NCBI RefSeq assembly: GCF_000142905.1
Contig: NW_013657649.1
Location: 331,033-395,032 of the forward strand
Length of the DNA: 64,000 nt
Reading direction: 5' to 3'
Origin: Thecamonas trahens ATCC 50062
Taxonomy: Eukaryota; Protista; Apusomonadida
The notes below the pieces were generated by a model. That model had not been told where the DNA came from and did not search any database. It worked only from the letters and a program-made list of their open reading frames with translations. Below are positions 12,801 to 24,176 of the stretch, piece after piece; position 1 is the stretch's first letter, and the number at the start of each line of letters is the position of its first letter. Position numbers and translations under genes: made by a program.

Positions 12801-15800
12801 CCACCGGCTCGGCCGCCGCACTGGAGCTACCCGCCTTACGCGCCGAGACCGACTTAGACCGCGACCGCCGCGCAGAGCCCTTGGCGCCTGGCCGCGGCGA
12901 GATGGCGGCCTCGTGCTCAGCGGCAGCATCGAGAATCGAGTGCGACAACTCGCGATCGTCGCCGCGCCGCTTCTTGCGTCGCCTGCCCGAGTCGCCGCGC
13001 TGCGCGCCGGCGCTCTTGCGACCGCCGCGCCGCTTGTCCGAGTAGCTCTCGGCCCGCTCGAGGCCGGCACCGTAGGTGGCGGTGAGGTGGCCAGCGGCAA
13101 TGGCTGAAAACGCCGCAGCACCTTCAGGATTGCCCATGTCAAAGAAGCAGTACTCAAAGGCAAACGGCCCAGTGTTCCGCAGTTCAAACGACCGCGTCCG
13201 CTGGTTGCCATACACCAGCGGGCCAAAGTTGACAACCCGCTCCGGCACAAGGCTATACGCATTGAACCGCGCCGTGGCGGTCACCGTCACCGGGATGGTG
13301 GCAATGATCTCGTCGGTTGCGGCCTCGAGGACCTGGCACTTGATGTCAGCCGCACCGGTAAGGGTGAACTCGGCAAACGAGCGGAAGATAAACTCAACCG
13401 TCGACGGCTTATCGTTTGGCCCGAGCACGCCCTCAGCCGGCTCGATGCGAATGACGTCGCGGATTTCGTTGGTCTCGAACCGGAACCGGAACTTAATGTC
13501 GTGCTTGCCCTTGTTCTTGAGCGTTGCAGAGAGGACTCGCGACTCGTAGACCTTGAGCAGGCCGTAGTCGAGGCAGGCCTCGGTCGTGCCACGCGCAAAG
13601 TGCACGTCGATGGCCACGTCGTACGCCTCGCCATCCACCTGCACGTTTTCTGTTTGCAGCGGACCGTAGAGGCCTTCGGCATCGGTCACCTCGAGCTTGA
13701 GCGCCTTGTGGATCGTGATCTGCTTCTTGGCCTGGAACCGCGCAAAGACGTCGACGCTCCCACCCGGCGGCACCTCGCCCGAGAGTGGCGCGACCCGGAT
13801 CTCCGGCAACAGCGCCTGTGCGTTAAGCAGCTGCCACTTGACAGGCAGTGCAGTCGGGTTGCTCAGGGATAGCGTCCGCGAGTCGAGCCGGTGCAGGAGC
13901 ATCGGCTCAAACTCGAGCGCCTCGGTCGAAAGCTCCAGCCGTGGCTTGACGCCGACGCAGCGGAGCGGAAAGACCGTCGGAATCGGGTTGTCCTTAATGA
14001 TGGCCACCAGTGTGTCGCGGTACTCTCCGTCGGTCTTGGGGAAGGCCCAGACCGTCACCTCGCGCGACTCGTCGGGCGCAAGCTCAAACGTCGTTGGCTC
14101 GACCGCAAACGTGGCCGAGTTGACATCCGACTCGAAGCAGAGCTCGACCTGCGCCACGAGCGCACCCGGGTTGACAAAGGTAAAGACGGCGTGGTGCCGC
14201 TTGAGCAGTGCCGCTGTCTGTGCCGCCTCCTGGTCGGGCGTCAGGGCTTGCTCAGCTGCCGCGCTCACCAGCGCCGCGCTCGACGTCCCGCGCGACATGC
14301 GCTTCGACTCGTGGTGGTGCGAGCTCGATCCGCCACCGTGCCGCTTCGAATCCGACCGCCGCTCGCGCCGCGAGCTGCCGCTTGTGCCGCTCGCACCGGC
14401 CGGCCGTGACTCACGCGACTTGCCAAAGAGAAGAGGGCCAAAGTCAAAGACACCCTCGGTCATGACAAAAGCCGGCAGCTTGGTGAGCATGCTCGCCTCC
14501 GAGCCATAGCTGCGGATGCGCGAGGCGAAGACCACTCGCGGGTCGTTTGACACCATCGGATACGACGCCGACGCAAAGCACTCGAGCGGGAACTGGGCGT
14601 CGAGACCGAGTATCTCAAACATGAGCGTGTCGAAAAGTTGCCGGGCGTGCCCGACCGGAACCGCACAAGAAGCTCTTGCGTCTCGCCCGGCTTGAGCACG
14701 TACCGGTACGGGTGCTGCGACTTGAGCCGCAGCGCAGCGAGCTCGCCCTCGACCTCGATAAATGCAGCTTCGTCCGACTTTGCAGGCTCGGCAGGCTCGG
14801 CACTGGCGTTTCCGCCACTGCTCCCACCGCGGCGCCCGCCCTTGCCGCCCTTCTTCCGCGACCGCGACTCGGCCTTGGCTGCTGCCGCCGACGCCTTTCT
14901 TGCCCGCTCCTCCGCCACAATGTCCGAGTACGACTCGGGCAGGTAGATCTCGAGGTTGGTGCATGGCTCACGCGGCAGTCGCTCTGCCGGCCGCTCCAGC
15001 ACTTGCAGCAGCTCGTCGTCGGGCACCTCGAGCGTGATCGGCTCGGGCTCGGGAATCTTGTCAGGCGGTGGGAGCGAGGCCTCGACCGCGGCAGCCACAA
15101 CGAGAGGCTTGTGGCTGGCGTCAATGGTGGCAACCGGCTCGGCAAGCGGCGGCTTGGGCGGTGGCTTGGGTGGGGCGGCGGCGGCCGCAAGTCCGCGCTC
15201 CTGAACTGACGACTCGGTGAGCGGGACTGGCGCGACCGAGCCACGCCGCTTAGAGCGTGAGCCCCGCTTCGACCGGCGCGTCCGAGACGAGGTCGACGCA
15301 GCGTTGGACGCTGTCGAGACGCCGAGCGCGTCAGCTGCACCGCCGCTACCGGAAAGCAGCGCGGCTTCATGGCTGCCGTCGGCTGCCGACTCACCAGCCC
15401 CGGCTCCGGCAGCCTCGGCCGGTCCGACGTTGAGGAGTGCGTACATGGACGCGAGGTCTGCGGCCGCGTTGGTCCATGCAACGAGGCCGACATGCCAGGG
15501 CGGCGGGGCGAGCGATGACGGCTCACCATCAACGCCGACAAGCCCGTCGCCAAAGAAGGTGTCTGGCAGGTTGAGAAGCGCGGCAATGGCTGGGGTTACG
15601 TCGGCGACAGTGAGACCGTCGAGATCGAGCGAGGCGAGGTCGACGGCGTCGCCGTCGCCGGCCTGCGACGCTGCCACCGACTCATCGTCCTTGATTGTCC
15701 GCTTTGAGCGCGACGACGACTTGCGCAGCTTCTTGCGAGTCTTTGCAACCGCAGCGTCGAGGATAGCCTGCTGCTCTTCGACGCGGGCGGCGACGACTGC

Positions 15801-18800
15801 GCGCTCAGCCTCTTTGCGGGCCTCGTCGGCCTGGCGCTTGCGGAAGAGCGAGCGCTTGTACTCGGCCCACTCGGCGTCGTAGGCAGCGCGCTGCTCATCG
15901 TCGAGCGCGTCGTACGCCTCTTCGCTCATGGTCATAAACTTCGGCGGCGGGGTCGGCGGCGGCGGGGTCGGCGGTCTGGTCAGCGCCACGTACCGCTCGT
16001 CGACAGTGTCAGGTGAGACCTCCAACATGCGCACAAAGAGGTCGTGACCAGGCATCGAGTTGAAGGCCGACTTGACGGCGGCGTGCGCTGGGAGTAGGCC
16101 ACCAGCGAGTGACACAAAGTCGGCGTTGAGCGAGTCGAGGAGGAATCCGTTGCACGGTACGGCAGTGACGAGAACCTTGACTAGCGCACCAAGGAGCGGC
16201 GCCGGCAGGTACAGCCGCGGTTCGACGTCGTCAGCGTCGCCGACATCCGGCGACGCGGCGCCGTCGTCGCGGTGGCTCGACCGGCCCTTGCCGGAGACCG
16301 AAGCGTTGGAGCGATGGCGGCGGATGGCGGCGGCCTTGTCCGCGGACGCCGCCTCGGCCGAGGCAGCAAGGAACTCGCGGACAGTGGCGCACACCACCTC
16401 GGGGGCGAGGTTGAACCAATCAATGCCATCGTCAACGCCTTTGCTGCGCTTGCCAGCACCACGCTTTTTGGCGGCGCCAACCCCAGTGGTCGCCGACGCC
16501 GCCGCTAAGGAGCTCGGATCGTCACCGGCCTCGCCTTGGCGATGCTTCCGCCGCTTGTGACGGGAGACCGACGCCGGCGCCCGCGATTCGGCCACTGCCG
16601 CGTTGACAATCGGCATCGAGAGCGCAGACTCGACCGGCGCCTCGCGCATCAGCGCGCGCAGCTTGGCGAGAATGGCTGGGGCACCGATGACAGGTGCCGC
16701 GTCCTCCAGTGGCTCCTCCGGCGCGACCAAAGGCTCGGACTGGCCATCGGCATCCGGGCCGGCGATGTCACTCGTACCCACATCAGCAGCAGGCGGCGCC
16801 AGCTCGCCCGACTCGTTGAGCGAAGTCTGGGAGTCGGGCTCGACACCCGAGTCGTTGAGGACCGACTCGGATGCTGGCTCGGACGTAGTGTACTCGACAG
16901 CCGGAGGCTCGGCGGGTGCAACGATGTCTTCGGTCAACGGAGCTCTTGGGGAGGGCGCCTGTGCGTCCTGGACCCCATCTGTGAGAAGCTGGGTGAGGAG
17001 GTCACCAAGATCGAGCGTGGTCAGGTGCGGGTACCGGGCGGCGAGCGAAGCAGCGACGGTCGACTTGCCGGCAAGCGGTGGGCCGCAGAGAAGGACCGAG
17101 TACAGCGGCCTGCCGTCGCGTGGCGCAAGACGCGGATCGATGACCGGTTCAGGGTTGGCGGCGGCGCGGGCCTCGAGCTCGTGCGACGAGATCGGAGTGA
17201 ACGAGAGGTCCGGGAAGATGGCGGCGCGGGCAATGACAGCGTCGACAGCGAGCTGTGCAGTGTTGGCAGCTTCAACGGCTTCGGCAGCACGGGCCTCGGC
17301 CAAAGTAGTGGCGGCGGTGGCCGCGGCATGGGCGGCTTCGAGTGAGGCGATGTGTTGCTCTGCAGCCGAGTCAAAGCCGGCGGCCTCGGCCACGGCCTCG
17401 GCCTCAGCGGCCTCGACCGACGACTTGGGCTTATCGCCGAATGCGGGAATGGTGAGGTCCAGGTCTGAGGTGAGCTGGACAGCAGGCGCGGACGGCTCCG
17501 GAGCGGCGAGTGCGTCTGCGGCAGCAGGAGCGGCGGCGTCCGCGGGTGCGTGCTTGTGGCTCTTGCGGCGGGAACGCCGACCTGAGCCCTTGCGACGCGA
17601 CTTGCCGGAGCGCGAGCGGCCCGACTGCGAGGTCTCCGACTCTACGTGGGAGAGTGTGGCCGACGTGGGTCGGTGCTCGGCGGCGGAGGCTGAGGCTGGA
17701 TCCTGCGAGGGAGCGACCTCGGACGTTGTGGCCGCGTTTTTGACAATCCTGTCACTGGAGAGGGTGCGCGAGAGGCGGAGCTTGTCGTTGTTGCCCTCGT
17801 CGGCAGCAGCCTCGACCCTGGCGGCCTCTAGCGCAGCGAGGGCAGCCTCCTCGGATGCCTTGGCCATGGCAGCGGCGTCAAGTGCGGTCGTGGCGTCGTC
17901 AGAGGCAGCCGCCGCGGCGGCCTGTGCGGCCTTGAGCTCATCGAGAAGCGTGAGAAGCTCCTTCGGCACCGGGTCGCCGGGCTCCCGCGGCTGGATGAGC
18001 ATGGTGTCCGAGTCGTGAGCGTAGCCTGAGACGTAGCGAAGGGCCTCCTCGTGGCGGGCGTAGTCGTTGTCAAGTCAACCGAGTAGACTTCGATGGGCAC
18101 CTCGTTGGGGTTGGTGATGAAAAACTGCGAGTACACACCCTCTGTGTGCGGCTGGGTGGCCGAAAAGTAGAGCTGCGGCGGCGCAAACTGGAGCTTGAGC
18201 ATGCGGCCGAGGCCGGAGCAGACAAAGCGGAAGACCTTGCGGTTCATCTTGACACGGACCTTGAAGGCGTGCTTGTAGGCGGCCTCGCTCCGCGGAGAAA
18301 AAGTGATGCAGGCGTTGATGCACTCGCCGGGGGCGAGGACGCCCGACTTGGGTGTGATGGCAAAGGCCTCGGCCGAGGCCAGTGCCTCGGACTTGCGCGA
18401 GCGAGTGGTGACCGGCTTGATGAACCAGGTGGCCGGGACAGCTTGCGAGTTGGTCAGCTGAACGTACATGCGCTTGACAAAGCCGACGTGGACGTGGCCA
18501 AAGTCAAAGTTGGACCGCGAGACCGAGAGCGTGGGCACGGTGAGCGTGGCCTTAAAGTGGAGAGCGAGCGTGGCTCCCGAGTCAAGGACAATGGGCACGA
18601 TCCGCTCGTACAAGCCCTGCTCAAACTCGACGTCGACGGTGGAAAGCGTGGCGGTGAAGATGACCGAGTCGTGCCCCGGTGCGCCAGGCAGGTTGCGAAC
18701 CCGCATGGGATCGAGCGAGAGGCCCGAGAGGCGGAGCGACTTTTGGTCGATGATGAGCGAGGCAGGCGGAAAGCCGATGTTGGTGAGCGAGAAGCTGGCG

Positions 18801-21800
18801 GTCTTGGACGTGCCGAGAACGACGTAGCCAAAGTCGCAGACGTACGAGGCCATGACAAAGGCGTTGCGGGCGCGGCGCATGGCGGCGGCAAGCGCATCCT
18901 TGGCCGGCGGCGCGAGGTCTCCCGGGTTGAGGGCGGCGGCGGTCTCGGCGAGCGAACCGGTCGATGAGGTCTTGAGCGCGCCAAGGGCGAGACGCGCGAC
19001 GAGGCAGAGCGTCCGCCGCTCGACCTGGAGCCTGTCCATTTCGGCGTCGACGCCCCAGACCGGCTTGATGGCTGTCGGATCGACAAGGGCCGACTGGCTG
19101 GCCTCGTCCTGCTCGCCGTTGGCGCTCTTGACGTCATCCTCGGACGACTCGGAGGCCGACGAGGGACGGGGATGCTGAGGGTAGAACGCGATGGCCGGGC
19201 CGGAGACAGTCTCGGCATAGGCGCGAAGCTCGGCCTCGCCGGGCCCCAGCATCCGCGGCAGCGAGGTGATCATGTGCGGGAAGACGCCCGAGCCTGTGAT
19301 GGTGACCTGCTGCGGGGCAAAGTGGGCGACGATGACGCGGAAGCTCCCGCAAGACCGGCGTGGGAGGAGCGGGCTGTAGGTGACGCGGATGGTGCGGGTC
19401 TCGTTCGGAGCGAGAACGCCCGAGAGCGGGGCGAGGACAGCTGCGGGCGGGACAAGAGCCTTGAGCAGGGCTGGCGAAAAGGCGTCGAGGCCCGGCTCGG
19501 CCTCGCCGGCCTCGGAGGCGAGGCCGTTGACGGAGCCGACCTCGGACTCGATGATGGGGAGGGTCTTATGGGCCGGTGGCGCAGTGGGTGGCGGGAGTGC
19601 GGCCTCGATGTGGTGAGGGAGGCCGAGCGGGAGCTCTGTCGAGTCGATGAGCTCGGGCAGGCGCTCAAAGGCAAACTCGACCGGGACCTGGCCGTGGTTG
19701 GTCAGGCTCAGGGTCCTCGTCCGCGGCTTACCGAGCAGCGTCCGACCAAACTCGAGGGTGGTGGGGAAGAGGGTAAAGTCGATGGAGGAGGCACGGCCGG
19801 CGAGTGTGAGCTCGACGGTCGGCCCGCCGAGGACGGTGCAGACGGCAGTGGCAAAGGCTGCGGCGTGGGCGTGGCCGTAGAAAATGACCTCGATGGTGGT
19901 GGTGGCGCCCGGAGGCACTGTGCCGCGGAGCGGGAGTAGGTCAAAGGCTTCGCGGGCGGGCGGAGCGCGCGAGTCAAGCGAGTCGTCGAGCGAGTCTCCG
20001 GTGTCGAGGCCCGACGCGGCTAGCGGGGCGTCGTCGTTAATGAGCATCCACGAGAACGAGGCCGGCAAGTCCGAGGTGTTGGTGAGCGTCACATACTTTT
20101 TGGCCTGTGTCTCGTTGAGGATGCAGCCAAAGTCAAGGGCGTGAGTGTCGAGGTTGAGGGTGGGGAAGTTGACGACGCCACGGAGCTTGAGGGTGTCACG
20201 GCGCGGGTGATCGCGGTAGACAACAATGAGCTCGTCATCGAGGGTGTCTGCGCAGTGGTTGGAGGCGTAGTCGGGATTAAAGCGCACGGTGAGGCGAGCA
20301 GACTGGCCGGGCTGTAGCGCGAGGTCTTCGTCCGAAACGGCAAAGGCGCCAAAGACCTTGATCTGGGCATCCAGCGCGAGCGGCGAGACGTTGGTGATGG
20401 TGAGGTCTTGGGTGAGGTGCGGGATGTCGTCGTTGTGGGCGACGTCGTGCATGTAGACAAACTCGAGGAGCGGGGGTAGAAGGCGACTTGCGGGATGACA
20501 AACGAGGCCGAGATGGGAGCATCGACAACGACGATGGCCTTGCGCTCGACGGTGGCCACGCAGCGGAGCTTGTCGACGACGTCGCGCGGGGCAGCCGAGT
20601 TGCCGCTGAGGATAAGGGTGTACTCCTCGCCAGGCTCGAGCGAGAACTTTGTCTCTGAGAGGGAGAAGGCGCCCGATGCCTCGACGGGGGCGTTGCCAGC
20701 GCGGCCGCGCTTGTCGCCGAGCGACCAGGAGAGGGTCTGGCGACGGTAGCCGTCGTTGCGGAGGTGGAAGACTTGCGAGCAGGGCTTGTGTGTGGGGACC
20801 TTGCCAAAGTCGACACGCTCAAGCGAGACGTCAGCGGTGATGGTGGAGCCAAAGCCTGCGGCCTTGCAGGGGACGCGAATGGTGTCGCCTTCGCCGTCGT
20901 TGACGGTGAGGATGAGCTCGTCGGAGAAGGGGAGGACGTCGTCGAGGCGAGCCGTGATGACGAGGTCGAAGGTCTTGCGCGCCGGGATGGTGTAGGTGAC
21001 GACGTCGACGGAGAAGACCTGGTGCTGGCGGCGGAATGCGGCCGAGATCGAGGCCGGGATGAGCGAGTCGTTGGCGAGGGTGAGGGTGAGCGGGACGTCT
21101 GTGAGGACCTTGACCTTGCCCCAGTTGAGGGTGTTGACCGATGGGACGAGGACCGGGCCTTTGCAGGTGGCGCGGAGCGAAACTTCGAGCGGGGGAGCAT
21201 TTGAGCCGAGGATGCGGATGTAGACCGGCATGTTGACATCGCCGAGCTTGTTGGCGACGAGGGCGATGGGGACCTGAAACTCGGAAAACTGCTCGATGAT
21301 GCCCTTTGCGCGCGGCGAGGAGTAGGATGCGGCGGCGCGGGCGGAGGGAGCCTGCGGAATGATCTCATACTTTGCGGGCGTGTCGGACTCGTTGATGAGG
21401 GTGACGGGCGCCGAGTACTCGTGGCGGATAAAGACTTCGCCAAAGTCGACGAGCGGGGTGGCGAGCTCGATGGCCGGGACACGGCATGTTGCAGAGACTG
21501 GGATGGAGAGAACCGAGGTTCCGACGCCCTCTACGTCGACTTGGAGGGCTGAGGAGACGCGGGCGACGGTGGCCGGCATAAAGTCGACCTGAACCTGTGC
21601 CGACGCCTTGGGCGCAATGGTGCCATGTGACGGGATGACGTCAAACTCGCGGTCGAGGAAGTTGCCGTCGGCCTCCATGTGCAGCTTGTAGTGCATGGGA
21701 ATTTCAGAGGTGTTGTAGAGCGAGAAATGGCGGGTCTCGAGGAAGCCGTACGAGACCTGGCCAAAGGCGAGGGCGTCGACGTCGGCGTGGAAGGTCGGCC

Positions 21801-23516
21801 CGATGACGACACCACGGAACGAGACAAACGGATGCGAAGAGGCACCTTCAAGGACGCAGTAGATGCGCTGCGAGAAGGAGCCGATGACCGGCGGGACAAA
21901 GGTGACCAGGATCTCGACCGAGCCGTCGACTGGGAGCGTCCCGGTCTCGGGCTCAAAGGTAAATGCCCTGGCACACGGCCCGGTCTCGGGGTGAAGGGCA
22001 AAGTCTGCGGGGATCTCGCCGACGTTTTCGAGGACGACGGTGGTGCAGATGGGCGCCGAGATGAAGACCTGCTCAAAGTCGTGGTAGTCGCGGACAAATG
22101 CGGCGGTGGGGCCGAGGCCGTCACCCTGGAGCTCGAGCGGGAGGCGAGCTTCGCGGCCGCCGAGCTCGACGTAGGCAAGGGCAGCGACAGGCCCAGCCAT
22201 AGCGGGCGAAAAGGTGACGGTGACCTCAACCTGCGAGTCGGGCCAGACCTTGCCGGAGAGCGGGGCGATGGAGAAAATGCGGTCTTCAAAGAGGAGCGGG
22301 TCGGTGGTGAGCTGCGTGAGCTTGGTCTTGAACTCGCGGTCGGTGAGGGCAGCGCCGAGTGAGGGCAAGCTCGACGGACCGGGCGCTGAGTGGGGGTTGG
22401 CGTCGGCTGCATGTGACTGCGACGAGGCGAGGTCGAGGTTGGCGTGGAGTCGTGCCTGAGCCTCGTCATGCTCGGAAGCAAAAGCCTTAAAGGCAAACGG
22501 AGCTACCACCGACGATCGGTTGATGATCTTAAAGGTGGAGAACGAGCGGAGCGAGATAAAGGTCGGGTCGAGGACGACCTGCGACTTTTCGAGGCGAACG
22601 TTGACTTCGAGGGCCTCGCCGGAGAGGGCGATGCCGACCGAGTCGCCGGACTCGTAGTCGATGCGGAGAAAGCCAGACTTGCGGCCGACGGTAGAGGGCG
22701 CAAAGGCGACGACAAACTGGAGCTGGTCGTCGACCGGGACAACGCCGTCCGAGGGCGAGACGCGGAACGGGCCGTCAACACTGGCGGCAAAGCGGGCTGG
22801 TGCGTTGCCGACGTTGCGGACAAGGACCGGGCGGTCGGTGATGTGGCGGACCGGGGACGGGTCAAAGGCGATGGCGTCGGGAAAGTCGAGAATGCCGCGG
22901 GCGCCGAAAGCGGCGACCGGCACGACAAACTTCTCGCGCTCGGTGACGACGACAAGGTCGAGGGCGTAGTCGACGTTGAGCTCTGCGGTGAAGACGATGC
23001 GGAAGACGACCTCCATGCCCGGGGCGACCTTGCCCTTGGACTGGACCGAGTGTGTGCCAGCGACCGAGGTTGCCGGATCGCCCTCGACCTTGAAGAACGG
23101 GACGTCCGAGTTGAGGACCTTGACCTTGCGGGCAACGCGGTCGTTGTTGCGGAGGCGGAGGCGCCCCTCGACCGGAACCAGCGGTGTGTATTGCTGGAAG
23201 ATGATGGAGCCCGGGAGCGGCGAGAAGAGCGGGGTATCGATGTCCACATGGGTTACCGCCTGAGCTGACACATCCGCCACGTTGAGCCACTCGATGATGC
23301 GCGGGGCGGGTGGTCCGCCGCAGCCGTTGCCTCGTCCGACTCGAGCTCAAATTGCGCCCGAGCCTGCGACGGTGTCGGAAGGTCAAGCGGCAGACCCTGC
23401 AGATTATGAGTAGCATCCAGAGTTGAACCTGCCGCGGTTCTTGCTGTCCCCGCAGCTGTTGTGGTGTGAGGGGCAGGACGTCTGCCCTGGGCCGCCACCC
23501 GGCGTGAGAGCGACAT
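6823..23516 (-). CDS. HYDIN: Hydin, axonemal central-pair protein (~5500 aa), split into five ORF pieces by four single-base deletions
   Basis: N-terminal PRIIEWLNV...DIDTPLFSPLPGSIIFQQY...LRNNDRVARKVKV...KVAPGMEV...TEREKF, many ASH/MSP-like Ig repeats ('L.N.G','F.P..G'), adenylate-kinase-like P-loop GPPLAGKST, C-terminal IPFKNVF...WEFYLQGL. Frame switches at ~23304, ~20474, ~18072 and ~14634 are each repaired by one extra base. Confidence 0.93.
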
Positions 23517-23779
23517 GCGGGGTGGAGGGGGGAGGGTGGGGGGGGGGGGGAAGAGGAGGGAGGAAGGGGGAGAGGGAGATGGGGGTAGGGGTGAGAGTGT
23601 GGAGTGTGAAGTGTGGAGTGTGGAGTGTGGAGTGGAGTGGTGGGCGGGAAAGTGGGTGGTTGGTGTGGTGTAGGGGGAGGGAGGGGGTGTGTGGGAGAGA
23701 GGGCGGGTGTTTTGCGCGCGTTGGGGCGTGGCCGGTGAGGATTGGTCGTTGGCGGATTTTATTGTTGGGGTTGTGGTCT

Positions 23780-23963
23780 GATTAATCGTTGGGTTTGTTG
23801 TAGGGGGTTATCGTGTGTGGTGTGTGGTGTGTGTGATTAATCGTTGGGTTTGTTGTTGGGGGTTATCGTGTGTGGTGTGTGGTATGTGTGATTAATCGTT
23901 GGGTTTGTTGTTGGGGTTATCGTATGTGGTGTGTGTGATTAATCGTTGGGTTTGTTGTTGGGG
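23780..23963. repeat. Minisatellite, about 3.5 copies of a ~47-55 nt unit starting GATTAATCGTTGGGTTTGTTG
   Basis: ATTAATCGTTGGG copies start at 23781, 23836, 23891 and 23938. Confidence 0.9.
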
Positions 23964-24176
23964 CAAGCGGCGGACGGCACACCCTTCCTCAAACTATGCC
24001 GTGGAAGCAAGTGACCAACCGCCGGGGGAGGGGAGGGGTGGGAGGGGGGAGGGGTGTATGTGTGTGTGTGTGTAACACCGCACGCCAGGAGGCAGACAGG
24101 GACACGGAAGGAGGGACGAGAAGGTACAGGGCTGCTTACAGACAGAACACGCAAGGAGGGGACGGAGGGAGAGGCC

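Noticed and set aside
6857-23268. Many plus-strand ORFs opposite HYDIN, and similar shadow ORFs opposite PKD2, OYE and TAF1
   Set aside because: Expected antisense shadows in high-GC coding DNA; no recognisable motifs.
23780-23963. Possible CRISPR-like or telomeric array
   Set aside because: The spacers are near-identical rather than unique, the context is eukaryotic with no cas genes, and there is no TTAGGG-type repeat.
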